DNA from: a virus
Lineage: Duplodnaviria > Caudoviricetes
Virus record (IMG/VR): IMGVR_UViG_3300020151_001234
Coordinates: 1-29,326 of that record
DNA length: 29,326 nt
Reading direction: 5' to 3' (one strand)
The stretch's first letter is position 1. The number at the start of each line of letters is the position of its first letter. The position numbers and the translations under genes were made by a program. Positions 18,701-27,400 of this stretch are shown in pieces. Under the pieces are notes generated by a model that did not search any database, had not been told where the DNA came from, and saw nothing but the letters and a program-made list of their open reading frames with translations.

Positions 18701-19815
18701 AATCTGCAAACTCCCCAGTTAGCACTAACTTAAATAAAGTAATTTATGTTGATGGAAAATTTATTGCAGTTGGTGATTATGGAGTAGTAGTGAGATCTGT
18801 AAATAGAAACTTATATCAGACAATTCCAAATAATCTTGGAATTGCAAATGTAGTGAACATTTATTATAACTATGGTTTTTATGTAATTGTTACAGCTACA
18901 GGAGATCTATATTACTCCTTTGATTTAAGTAATTGGATTTATAGATCAACATCACAAGCTAATTTCATTAATGATTTAATATTTGTTGATAATCTTGGTT
19001 CTGATGGTAGATATGTTGCCATAGGATCTGGAGCTACTGCAATATACGCAGAACCAATTTATAATAGAGCTACTGCCATCTCTAGCGTAACTTCTGGAGT
19101 TGTTACCTCAATACAAATTGTTAATCCTGGATTTGGGTACAATTTAAATAATCCTCCTCCAGTAATAGTGGAATTGGATACTTATAATACTGAATTAGTT
19201 AAGTCATTCAAAGTTATCGGTGATCATGGAATAATTATTGGAATTACAACTTACATTTCAGGAACTCCTGGTATCGGCACAACTTCTCCAAAAATTTCCT
19301 TTACCTTAAAGTCTGAACAATATGATAATAGTACTTTAGGAATTGGATATTCTTCACTGAATATTTTTGGAATTGTTAATAGTCAATTATCTAAAGGTGA
19401 TTATTTTGTAATTACTGACAGTAATGTTCAAACTGGTGGAGATTTGGTTGGAATTACGACTCTTCTTGGTGGTATGAGTAATTATCCAAATTCAAAAATT
19501 GGTATAGCTAAATCATTTATTGATGGAGTTTATATAGTAGAAGATGTAACATCACCATCACTTGGAATCGTCACTGTAACCTGTAATTTTGCACCTATGG
19601 TCGATAATTATGTTAAAGTTTACGCAAGAGGATCAAACAATACAGGCGTCGGAACAAATAATTATTATGGTAGATATAGTTGGGCTAAAGTTTATGATTA
19701 TCAAAATAGAATTTTAGGTAATCCAAAAACTTTTGAAGTTTTTAATGATAATGGAATTTCTGGAATTTCTTCCTCTCCTAAAATTATAAGGACTAGAAGT
19801 ATAATAAGTAAGTAA
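6706..19815 (+). CDS. gp7: Giant baseplate wedge initiator gp7-like multidomain virion protein, 4369 aa
   Basis: Lies between gp6 and gp8. N-terminal QIPEF...FVEFLKQYY and IKDLYSSKGT..SYKLLFKILYG, internal DNFYYQKFSYSIK...VHPSGF, plus many beta-rich inserted modules. Confidence 0.85.
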   Translation: MSEIKRVKIGSIVESQIPEFLSVESPLFVEFLKQYYQSLEHQSGSIDIISNITQYKNSKKFNNIDLIESTSLTSDVLAFDTTINVLSTKGWPDTYGLLKIDDEIITYLSKTETTFENCIRGFSGVDSLESLDNPEFLQFSSTSASEHISETVVNNLSNLFLTKFFEKFKFEFLPGFESRDFYENISIENIAYRIKDLYSSKGTDQSYKLLFKILYGSDIEIIKPQQYTLSPSSNSYFITKNILVEKISGGNPIGIKGNFLFQSVPGIGTVSASIFNIEYRPVGSKEFYEISLDSTSLTGNFQVSGKTRILEDVSINGDTILVDSTVGFANSGTILVKPENSDFIEIDYTGKNINQFTGVTNITKPLDFGLDLIEEKFAYSYIGVGNTSKVEFRVVNVIDNIDFSKTSNLRVGDTIALSGFGKDLYNQYEFNSWIYNIPTNHDIENISQVDATKYRINLFDKVYFYQTEKILLVDNLGNTTEVDILSVEYSTSDIIKKYSNRILIQATNIGSFNILTAKTVRKKIYKTNHYSNYFEGLENIPSGVQNTYIDSNEEYFYVTSSGLPNYTLFSTDNKKTVTTPVGTSTTDTFNVSNHNFLSGELIYYQPGTSSGILTGLYYVTKIDNNKIKISYSKSDIFSKKYIQTTSPIIDDIIYKSGYQNKTLKHQKLLKKFGLSKSKASFDDVNERTTFNREIGLLANGVELLSPNLFDENIYYGNIVSIDVINAGKDYDVIDVPPLDIKDDTGTGIKAHLNISGTVRDINILNAGYGYQEKPKITITGGNGVGCVLESNFVKTKVSAGFKADINVSTPNNTIQFLNTIPFEDGEEIIYDSNKNSSIPGIVNDSTYFVGIQTDNKIKLYNTRTDALRKINEIDIVGVSSGFHFVSTLKNKNTFTKIYVKNPGQGYSNRKIKIPSALSADSKTIGINTFDSYVFAKKHGFKDFELVKYSYENSPISGLSSLTQYYVKVIDVNKFRLYEAGIGTTLNNENYIKNKFVKFNSLGIGTHTIGYPPIEVHVESKSSVGSTTTISTELKPIILGSIEDVYLEDGGIGYGCTDIINYHRRPNVGIASITSEAILKPIIIGGSIVDVQIIDKGRGFRENSQISISGDGNYAQIEPIVEGGRLINVNIVFGGVGYGSSNTILTLKNRGQDARFLANVNEWKINQVIKSKNIISSDDDGLINPSDNPNLGLQFIHFYIPKKLRYQLSDNFTDSNRESSGILQHSPILGYAYDGNPIYGPYSYDTSTGGFIRRMNSSYALNVNPTLGIRPPSFESGFFIDDYVYTGAGDLDQHNGRFCITPEYPNGTYAYFTTIDVNASNESIPKYPYVIGPYFYDKPINDNFLPLYNQDVNIFTTNLTRNIGPYYLNSSNSYYDLIDKVSDEYKQEFFVTSINSGKIEDVSIFSPGDGYKVNDPVDIDITGTEGIQSNIVVSQLEGKEIEAFTIPEDTIPNAEFFIRYPNTVVKTSSPHGIKNGQPILISGISTITSSKFEGIKYAEVAEKEVQLVDNIGSDIVTGVSTFITVKDINGFKSNDFIGIGSEILLITNIDVRRSGFYVNRLQNTGVHTSGVDNVVLLPREFKIPTVEVKDLTFENYTTFFDPRLTVGVGTTGSVRAVVGFGTTTFENTFIPSKNIYLPSHKFYTGQPLIYNSGFAGTSLYVNNVGSAVSFKLENNQIVYAVNLGKDYIGLSTIGFTSSTGIGTNLKSVEFWDQTFAYGVIGAAHSLTTLNPKVTGTVQKVLGVVTTTSNHNLTTGDIITLNLTTNYNEVVKVIFDPVNRKVLMREIIFSNSNVSVSEDSIDISAYDGNIETGDKVVYVASSPINGLDNYGVYYVSKTDFNSIKLCQYRSDIDDSNFINFSSTGGTTQKLYFINPQITCVRTTKIEFDLSDSSLLNLDMQFYFDSAFVEKINERTGIFVDRQGTSGNSGAKVILDLSTQFFPIYYGLFPKGSSVESAKQISPDVDVNSHNKISIINHQLNDKFEVATSSDKTFTFFNTKKLTSFEKEVVSQSATNFSYKTTSLTASGPISKLKINFPGRGYKKLPNIREVKSDSGKDAVVKLISPNIGRVETFSRVKDGFDYPTDPTLSPSLSVPTVIGIKDIRTIDYVGIITGGKRYNTAPKLIVKNDNSGIELSSNVSGGSIVSVDIIKNSTSLSSPLEIIPIYNSNGYEIDSISVAGNLITLELSNTPGFTPFITSGFGKTDYEYPFKIGDTIFIENCRLTDVTKHQANFNSSSYNYSSFEVIGVSTSNNTVTYNMTGITTGSFGAYSDEFNLGVVINTNDFPVFDMILKDDVSYISNEKVSSATFSGTVMENGWDNNLNQMRLKNISGEINVGDKIFGETTKINGTVEYFDVFNLYATLGVSRDKTSSIDFSSGITNDYLQRISDNFYYQKFSYSIKGNIPYNIWRESVRSIVHPSGFKEFSDLEIVTKPTLNEVNLGIAKSSDMKPRLLATDSFTFINIDQTIPLSIRKNFARVYEEELSPDGSTQNVYFDEGVDLSSYIMNRTNKVIEIDDISNQFEGSSIQSLDGRFSDASDLLDGNREFIQEEVVGFITATYPGITTNPDWDRTICKRDVGYIVDAITHDLKYKSSNKTIEAGLAYWTGAGGTSYVAGESIETIAGFNYIIDLSKYIINNVGVKTSYQLGNTVSISTAVYNNITGITTITTSSAHGLSTTTTNYVVLKDMSFSCNSGGGINTAIFPSLGAGPDGNGPLSPKGFVYSVEVIDAVRFKVNPGPSTISHTYVSGGTIQKAFISTSQYSNSAILPDVDCSPTYSENCCADVWTAIGNYVGIITSIIGIGTTAAPNTILYPSLARGGSVVGLSTFKLKNNGISLFKHEFSGTSIDVVNDKFVIPNHNFQSGQELIYSYSNGSPIGIATTSYVTGSVDTLLNVHQFNGTAIYENGYSVAISTTVSGTVPTGPTGTINYTQVIGLNTTGLGTDATFNVLISYSGGGVALSTSVVLTYGGSRYNVGEQVSISGTYFSGTSPTNDLTFIISKTGPTVIQAQANTSYSSVPSIDLSGATFNVSRNSSGEINYVQVVNGGSGYNANSVISVAGTYIGGTGSKDNLSFRPLELGTKNLPISVFVYKLNDNEFKLSGLSTSVFLNITGVGTAIHSLSYKNPNSSAIITIDGIIQKAVSRKSLNVSLASSVSSASTTILSISSGISSISVNDIINIDDEYVSIRTIGITSSNQIEVIRGYFGTVSTAHTIGVAATVLTGNFNIVGDVIYFDQPPYGKIGPVGLETGSIFGGRAFSRRFDPTVPQDRNLLFDDISLSFTGIAATEFTIKSNGQTTNTIFNNVNSSTEINNNPIVLINNVFQDPSIDYTVDGSGTNVLRFLSGTPSSGRISKVSISTSYGYVPRIGAAATAIVSAAGTISGIVLTGAGSGYRSVPVVSIASTIGFGASITATVSAAGTITGFVIVNAGSSYTSTSIPEVVIGIPTGYSNLSLGYTGGTSGVGQRAKLTVEVGMGSSIISYKFDQSGVGYKAGDKLTPIGIPTNASFGFEPFVLTVEDVEKDSFYGFYPGQFIRFDDITQFFNGFRKKFTLSTTVNGVRQTIGLKVPEGTDLDITNNIFIYINDILQVPGVSYTFSGSRISFTEAPKFGSKCVILYYRGSSLDVELIDPPKTIKTGDSIVIQENPQDPFDISQFDRIVKKITSSDQLETFNYYSVGIITDSTKIRPLTWKKQVQDTVISGTLYSKARPSLQSNIKPSATVIKKVKSEDSVIYVDNAYPLFSDIDLLSEDIRDLLILENRSIQECLAQTIVSSSSTISSINIINGGVGYANTQSPKVIISESLINKKDPIFNWTGSVGLSTTYSLKSIKYTNKFIAVGNNSVYSTSFDGINWQVSTIGFGVTSSFNSLETVGVGTSNFLVSVGNLGQIVKATDYGNVISSWTQMPLLDDFVVPGLGAVNKVSSGYTGTFNEVVYSSVTNTWVTVGAGGSIFIGTGISTDSFVSRYSETLSNLNSVAFGAEYFVAVGNDGVIRTSNNGNIWESANSPVSTNLNKVIYVDGKFIAVGDYGVVVRSVNRNLYQTIPNNLGIANVVNIYYNYGFYVIVTATGDLYYSFDLSNWIYRSTSQANFINDLIFVDNLGSDGRYVAIGSGATAIYAEPIYNRATAISSVTSGVVTSIQIVNPGFGYNLNNPPPVIVELDTYNTELVKSFKVIGDHGIIIGITTYISGTPGIGTTSPKISFTLKSEQYDNSTLGIGYSSLNIFGIVNSQLSKGDYFVITDSNVQTGGDLVGITTLLGGMSNYPNSKIGIAKSFIDGVYIVEDVTSPSLGIVTVTCNFAPMVDNYVKVYARGSNNTGVGTNNYYGRYSWAKVYDYQNRILGNPKTFEVFNDNGISGISSSPKIIRTRSIISK
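14296..15102 (+). other. Phycobiliprotein-like helical domain within gp7 (aa ~2531-2799), interrupted by a ~140-aa beta-rich insert
   Basis: RFSDASDLLDGNREFI...YP...ICKRDVGYIVDAITHDL...GFNYIIDLSKYIINN-[insert]-CCADVWTAIGNYVGII; aligned by eye to remembered phycocyanin sequences. Confidence 0.55.
18121..19056 (+). repeat. Seven-blade beta-propeller (Asp-box/BNR, Ycf48-like repeats) within gp7
   Basis: Repeats of L-N-x-V-x-Y...F-[IV]-A-V-G-x-x-G...S-x-D-G-x-x-W, e.g. FIAVGNNSVYSTSFDGINW, FVAVGNDGVIRTSNNGNIW, YYSFDLSNW. Confidence 0.75.
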
Positions 19816-19822
19816 AATGTAA

Positions 19823-19829
19823 CTAAATA
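19823..19829 (+). promoter_or_regulatory. T4-like late promoter core CTAAATA before gp8
   Basis: In the 33-nt gp7-gp8 gap, 19 nt before the ATG. Confidence 0.65.
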
Positions 19830-19848
19830 AAAAAAAGTATGTTCTAAA

Positions 19849-21444
19849 ATGCCCGCCATAATATCAGATCAGTTTAGAATTTTAAATGCGGAAAACTTTG
19901 TAAAAAGTGTTTCTGCAGTAGGGGATACGTCAAACAAATATTATACTTTTATAGGGCTACCAAATAGTACTAATCCGGCTTCTGGTGGATCTTCTACCTG
20001 GATTACAAATACTCCATCTCCAGTAGATGGGTTTAGGGAAGAGAATCAAGTCAAAGAAAGTATTATATCGTTAAAACAAATTACAAATCAAGATGTTAGG
20101 AGACTTGTTAGAAAAGTCACTTGGGTTGCTGGAAATACTTATGAAATGTATAGACATGACTATAACGTATATAATGTTACTCCAGTCACATCTCAAACAA
20201 GTTTATATGAAGCAAATTATTATGTAATAAATGAAGATTTGAGAGTTTATGTCTGTCTACAAAATGGAACAGATCCAGAAAATCCAAAGGGAAGACCATC
20301 CTTTGACCAACCAACTTTTATTGATTTAGAGCCTAGAGCTGCAGGTGCTAGTGGCGACGGTTATGTTTGGAAATATTTGTATACTATTAAACCATCTGAA
20401 ATAGTAAAGTTCGATTCCATTGAATTTATACCAGTACCTGAAGACTGGGGTAATAATGGAGAAACAATTTCTACAAAAAATAATGCAATTGATGGAAAAA
20501 TTGAAGTTGTTCTTGTTAATAATAGAGGTGCTAATTATCAACCAATCTCAACATCGTTTTCCAATGTTCCTATATTGGGCGATGGAACTGGAGGTAAAGC
20601 TACAATTACAATTGATTCTTTTGGTAAGGTATCTGAAGTATTTGTCACTGATGGGGGGAACGGATATACTTATGGAAGTATAGAGTTTTATCCTGGTGCT
20701 CCAGGATCTGAAATAACTGGTCCATTACGTCAATTAAGTAATACGGGAATAGGGACTACATCTATAGCATCTTTTAATGTCATTATTCCACCAAAAGGTG
20801 GTCATGGATATGACGTTTATAGAGAATTGGGTGCATATAGAGTTCTATTGTATTCTAGATATGAAACTTTAGAAAGTAATCCAGATATTATTTTGGGTAA
20901 TGATTTTGCTAGAGTTGGAATTATAAAAAATCCAACAATAGTTGGAAGTAATACTCAATTATTGAATTTATCTTTAGTTAGTGGATTAAATGCTCTAAAA
21001 TTATCTGGAGTTACAACTAATACTACATATGGAGTTGATTCAATCATTAAACAAACAGTCGGATTGGGTTCTACTGCTATTGGATTTGTAGCATCATGGG
21101 ATTCAATAACAGGAGTACTTAAATACTATCAATCCACTGGATTAGCTTCAAGTGAAACTGGATATAAAATTATTCCATTCACTTCCAATCCAGATGCCGG
21201 ATATGGACTAACAATCACTTGTTCATCTATTGTCGGTCCAACATTATCTATTAATTCAAATTTCAGTGGTATAACTACCACAATAAATAATAGAATATAT
21301 CAGTTGGGTCAGGAGTTTGTAGCGGGTATTTCTTCTGCTGAATATAATAAAAAATCGGGTGATATTATCTATTTGGATAATAGACAACCAATTCCCAGAT
21401 CAGCTAATCAAAAAGAAGACATTAAAATTGTATTGGAGTTCTAA
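19849..21444 (+). CDS. gp8: Baseplate wedge subunit gp8
   Basis: MPAIISDQFRILNA, W..G..YEMYRHDY, YYVINEDLRVYVCL, DGYVWKYLYTI and C-terminal SGDIIYLDNRQPIPRSANQKEDIKIVLEF. Confidence 0.92.
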   Translation: MPAIISDQFRILNAENFVKSVSAVGDTSNKYYTFIGLPNSTNPASGGSSTWITNTPSPVDGFREENQVKESIISLKQITNQDVRRLVRKVTWVAGNTYEMYRHDYNVYNVTPVTSQTSLYEANYYVINEDLRVYVCLQNGTDPENPKGRPSFDQPTFIDLEPRAAGASGDGYVWKYLYTIKPSEIVKFDSIEFIPVPEDWGNNGETISTKNNAIDGKIEVVLVNNRGANYQPISTSFSNVPILGDGTGGKATITIDSFGKVSEVFVTDGGNGYTYGSIEFYPGAPGSEITGPLRQLSNTGIGTTSIASFNVIIPPKGGHGYDVYRELGAYRVLLYSRYETLESNPDIILGNDFARVGIIKNPTIVGSNTQLLNLSLVSGLNALKLSGVTTNTTYGVDSIIKQTVGLGSTAIGFVASWDSITGVLKYYQSTGLASSETGYKIIPFTSNPDAGYGLTITCSSIVGPTLSINSNFSGITTTINNRIYQLGQEFVAGISSAEYNKKSGDIIYLDNRQPIPRSANQKEDIKIVLEF

Positions 21445-21449
21445 TAGAA

Positions 21450-24400
21450 ATGGCACAAAACACTAATTTAAATACATCTCCATATTTTGATGATTTTGAT
21501 CCGAGAAAGAATTATCAAAGAGTTTTATTTAAGCCAGGAACTCCAATTCAAGCAAGAGAGTTAACAACACTCCAGTCTATTGCACAAAATCAACTTGAAA
21601 AATTTGGCAAACATTTTTTCAAAGAAGGTCAGGTAGTTATTCCCGGAAATATTGCTTATGATTCTGAGTATAGTTGTGTTCAAATTGATCCAACTCACTT
21701 AAGCATTCCAGTAATTACATATTTACCAAATTTACTTGGTAAACAAATAAAAGGTGAGATTAGTGGAGTAACCGCTAAAATTGAAAACTATATCACTAGT
21801 GAGGAATCTGAAAATGATAATTATACTCTATATGTAAAGTATCAAAGTTCTAGTGATACGGATTTTACTCGTAGTACTTTTGTTGATGGCGAAAATCTTA
21901 TAGTATTGGAAAACATTGATTATGGATCTGGAGTTATAAGATTAGAGTCTTCATTTGCTACTACTCTTATCTCAAATTCTATAGCTACAGGATCTGCAGC
22001 AAAAATAGAAGAAGGAGTTTATTTTATAAGAGGATTTTTTGTAGATGTTTTTCCACAAACTGTAATACTAGATCAGTATTCTAATTTACCTTCTTATAGA
22101 ATTGGACTGTCTATTTTTGAAGATATAGCTGTACCATCTCAAGCAAATCAAGATTTATTCGATAACGCTAGAGGATTTTCAAACTTTGCTGCACCAGGCG
22201 CTGACAGACTCAGAATTGTAGCAACTTTAATAAAAAAATCATTAACCGATTTTAACGATGAAAATTTTGTAGAATTATTAAGAATTGAAAATGGACTTAT
22301 CAAAAAAGTTACTAAAAAAGAGGATGTTCCTACGTTAATAAACGATGAATTGGCGAGAAGAACTAATGATGAATCTGGAGATTATTACGTAAAACCATTT
22401 AGTGTTACTGCTAAGGAATCATTAAACAATAAAATAGGAAACAATGGAGTTTATAATCCAGGACAATCAACTAAACAGGGCAATACTCCATCAGATGATC
22501 TATTAACTCTGCAAATTTCTCCAGGAAAAGCATATGTTAAAGGATATGAAGTTGAAACTCTTATAACAGTCAACGCCGATTTAGAAAAACCAAGAACTAC
22601 AGAAACTGTTAAAGATACAACAGTTCCTTTTAGCTTAGGAAATCAAGTAGAAGTTAATAACGTTTATGGAACTATTCCTGTTGGATTTGGTTCAAGTAGT
22701 CGAGTAACTTTATATTCAAATAGAACCTCAACTGCAGGACTTCCAGCAGGAATTCCGATAGGAGTCGGTAGAGTTTATGATTTAAAATTAAAAAATGATG
22801 CATATGAAGATGCTACTACCGTTTTTGAAGGATCAGTTTTTGATGTACAAACTTATACATATCTACAGTTAAATACTACTATAAGTTTGTCCACACCAGC
22901 GTTTGTTGAAGGTAAAAATAGTTCAGCATCTGGATATTTGGTTTCAAATGTTACAAACAGTAATCAGGTAGTACTATATCAAGTTTCTGGTGCTTTTACT
23001 GTTGGTGAACAATTAAAAATTGATGGACAAGATATCTCTAGAACGATAGTCAATGTAAGAGATTATACTTTAGGAGATGTAAGACAAGTAGTTGGGTATG
23101 TTGGAGCCACCACATCTTTTACTGCTGATACTGTAATATCCGCTGGTATTCCTCTTGCATCACAAAATACTAGTTTTACTATTTCTGCAGGTTCTGGAGG
23201 AATAAGTACTGTAACAACATCAGATTCTACCTTTGGAGTTGGAATTAATACAGGAGATATTTTAGTTTATACGAAGTCTGGTCAAACAGTACCCACTTAT
23301 AACAGAGTAACCTCTATAAATACTGCTTCAAAATCCATAACTATTGAATCGACCCCAAGCATAGTTGGAGTCAATAGTGGTGGATTACCAACAAGTTCAA
23401 CGACTTTAAACGGATTATTAAAAGGTAGTTCTACGTTATTAAACACTAGAGAATCATTCTTCTTTGCAGAATTGCAAAATTCAAATATTTCAAGTGTTGA
23501 TGTATCTGAAGGTGAAATAGTTTACAGAAAATCATATTCAGTAACTGTTTCATCGAATGGATTAACAGCTACTTTAGAAACGGATACTAATATTAGTCTA
23601 GAACCATTTGATGAAGAAGATTACTCTCTAGTATACGCTAATGGCACTATAGAACCATTAACTTCTGGACAATTTACAATTACTTCTGCGAGAACTCTAA
23701 CGTTAGTGAATTTGATCACAAATGGAGCTGCAACATTGACGGCTACATTAAGAAAAAGAAGATTAAAGTCCAGAAAGAAAATTTACAATAGATGTGCAAT
23801 TCTAGACATCAGAAATTCAAATACTAGTTCATCGGGAATTGGTAGCACTACCCTTAATGATGGTCTAACATATGGACCTTATTATGGAACCAGAGTTCAA
23901 GATGCAAGGATATCATTAAATCTACCTGATGTAATTTATGTTATGGGGGTTTTCGAATCCTCCGATTCAAGTGATGCTGAATTACCAAAATTAGAAGTTG
24001 TTAATTTAAATGCAAATATTTTAAATGCAGTTAAGGGTGAAATAATTTATGGACAAACTAGTAATGCAATGGCATTATTTGTTGCGACTAATGGAACAAA
24101 TCAAGTAGAATTTGTCTATATTAATGAAAATACTTTTATTAAAGGAGAAAATATTCTCTTCTATGAATCAAATGTTACTGCAGAAGTAAGTTTGTTAATA
24201 GAGGGTGATCGAAATATAGTATCAGATTTTATTTTTGATAATGGTCAAACTTTAGAAATAGCTGATTATTCATCACTAAGAAGAAAATCGGGAGTAACTG
24301 CACCAACAAAAAGATTAAAAATAGTATATAATCATTATTATATTGATCCTAATGATGACGGAGATTTTGTAACCGTTAGTTCATATGAACGTGAAAGGTA

Positions 24401-27400
24401 TTCAAATGAATTGCCTTTAATTGGTTTCTACAGAGCAAGTGATATTATCGATCTTAGGCCCAGAGTCAGTCCATATAGTAGCACTGTAACTCCATATTCT
24501 CCATTTGAATTTGCATCAAGACAATTTTTACCTACAACAAATTCTACACCATATAATTTTGCTAAGGATAAAAATTTATTTTTATCCTATTCATATTATC
24601 TTGCTAGAACAGATAGATTATATCTTAACAGATATGGGGAATTTTTTGTTTCCAAAGGAGTGCCTTCTTTAAGTCCAATTGCTCCAGGCATTATTGAAAA
24701 TGCTCTGGAAGTGGCAACTATTACTATGAAACCATACGTTTATAACATTGGAGATGTGACAGTACAATTGTCTCCACATAAACGTTATAGAATGCAAGAT
24801 ATTGCTAGACTTGAAGATAGACTAAGAAATATTGAATACTATACTTCATTATCTCTCTTAGAAACAGACACTAAAAATCTAACATTAAGAGATTCTCAAA
24901 CACAATTAGATAGATTTAAATGTGGTTTCCTTGTAGATAATTTTAAATCAGTAAGTTCTGGATCTTTAGGCGATCCTCAACATAAATGTAGTATTGATAC
25001 AAAAGAAGGTTTACTAAGACCTCAACACTACACTACCTCAATAGATCTTCTTCTTGGTTCTGAAGCAGTAATAGGATCTTCAAATGTTTCAAATCCTGAT
25101 GCTGACTTGAGATTTGTAAAAGATTTGGGAAATCCAAATACAGTTAAAGTCGGTGATATTGTTTGTCTAAAATACACTGACGTTGAATTTCTCAAAAATA
25201 CTTTTGCAACTAGAATTGAAAATGTAAACCCATTTAATGTTGTTAACTGGATTGGAGCTATAGAATTAAATCCAGCAACAGATACTTGGATTGAAACTAG
25301 AGGAACAAAAAGAACAGTAGATCAAGAAGGAAATTATTCAACTACTATACAACAACTTGGTGTTGATTCAAATACTGGTTTATCACCAATAGATTGGGGT
25401 GCTTGGGAAACTACCTGGACTGGAACGCAAGAACTCGCCAGACAAAATATGGGAAGTTTGTATATTGGTACAAACGAAATTTCCAGAAGTAGTCATAGAG
25501 GTGGATTCCAGAAAGGTAGAGGAATTCCCGAAACAACAACTATAAACTATAGAGATCAATACACCAACTTTGCTAATGTAACTACATTAACAACTACGAA
25601 ACAAGCTAGACAGGGTATTCAATATAAAGTATCTGAAAGATTTGACTCTGTTAATTTGGGTACATTTGTTATATCAACAGAAGTTATCCATACAATGAGA
25701 TCGAGAAATATTGAATTTATAGCAAGGAGATTGAAACCAAAAACTAGATTATATGCATTTTTTGATAATGTTGATATGAACAAATATATTGTTCCAAAAC
25801 TTATTGAAATTCAGATGGAAAGTGGTACTTTTTCCGTTGGAGAAACTGTAGTCGGTACAGTCGGAACAACCTCAATTAGATTTAGATTATCAACTCCTAA
25901 TCATAAGTATGGCCCATATAATCAACCAGAACAAATTTATACAGATAATCCATATTCGCCAACTCAATCAATACCTTCATCCTACTCAACAACTTCTACT
26001 ATATTAAATGTTGATACTGGTTCTTTAGAGTTACAATCCGCTTCTGGATTTTATGGCCACATTGTTGCAAACATGCAACTAAAAGGCGAGGTATCTAAGG
26101 CTATTGCAAAAATAACTGATGTCAGATTGATTACTGATACTGCTGGAACCTTAATTGGATCAATATATATTCCTAACTCAAAATTACAATCAACCCCATC
26201 ATTTGAAACCGGAACAAAAACTTTTACTCTTACGACTAGTTCAATTAACACAACTATTGTTGGAGCAACAGATAGTACAGCAGACGCTAAATTTACATCT
26301 TCTGGAACTCTAAACAATACTGAAGAGGTTACTTTAAGAACAAGAAATGCAAATGTAGAAAGACTGAATAGAAGTGAAGAAAGAACCTTATCAAGTCAAC
26401 AAACAAATCTCCAAGCTGGAACTTCTTTTGTTGATCGTACTGTAACACAAACAAGATGGGTTGATCCTTTAGCACAATCGTTCGAAGTTCCTGATGAAAA
26501 TGGTGTATTTATTACAAAATGTGATGTCTTCTTTAGATCCAAAGATACTAATAGTTTACCAATCACTATGCAAATCAGAACTATGCAAACTGGTTTGCCT
26601 ACAACAACAATCATTCCTTTTGGTGAAGTTGTTTTAGATCCAAGTCAGGTGAATATTTCTGAAGATGGTAAAACAGCTACAACATTTACTTTCCCATCTC
26701 CGGTTTATCTTGAAAGTGGAAATTCTTACTGTGTGGTATTACTCTCTGCTTCAAATGAATATACAGTGTGGGTTTCTAGAATGGGTGAGGAAGATGTAAC
26801 TACATTGAATTTACCAGAATCCCAGAAGATCGTTGTATCTCAACAACCATTATTAGGTTCACTATTTAAATCTCAAAATGGTGCAACATGGGATCCTAGC
26901 CAACTAGAAGATTTAAAATTAACTCTTTACAGAGCAAAATTTGTTACTGGATCTTCTACTGTAAGATTCTACAATCCTAAATTGGATATTGGTAATAATC
27001 AAGTTGTAACCTTAAGAGCAAATGCACTTGATTGTATTTCTAAGTCAACTCTAATTGGATTAGGTAAAAGTTTAACTTCAACTGAAGTTACTGGACTAAC
27101 TGCTGGAAGTCCAATTCTTCAAAGTAATAACACTACTTTCCGATCAAATCTGAAGAGTGTTGTTGGATCTGTGGGAATTGGTAGTACTTTAGTAGTGACT
27201 TCAGCTGGAATTGGATTTACTTCTGCATTTAAAACTTATTCTAATGTAAACTTAGTTTCCATAACTGGATCTGGTTTTGGAGCAAAAGTTAATTTAAGTG
27301 TTCAAAATGGAGTTGCTATTGCAGCTACAGTTTCTATTGGTGGAACTGGATATGCTTATGGAGATTCGGTAGAAGTTAACTATTCCCAAACAGATGGCCT

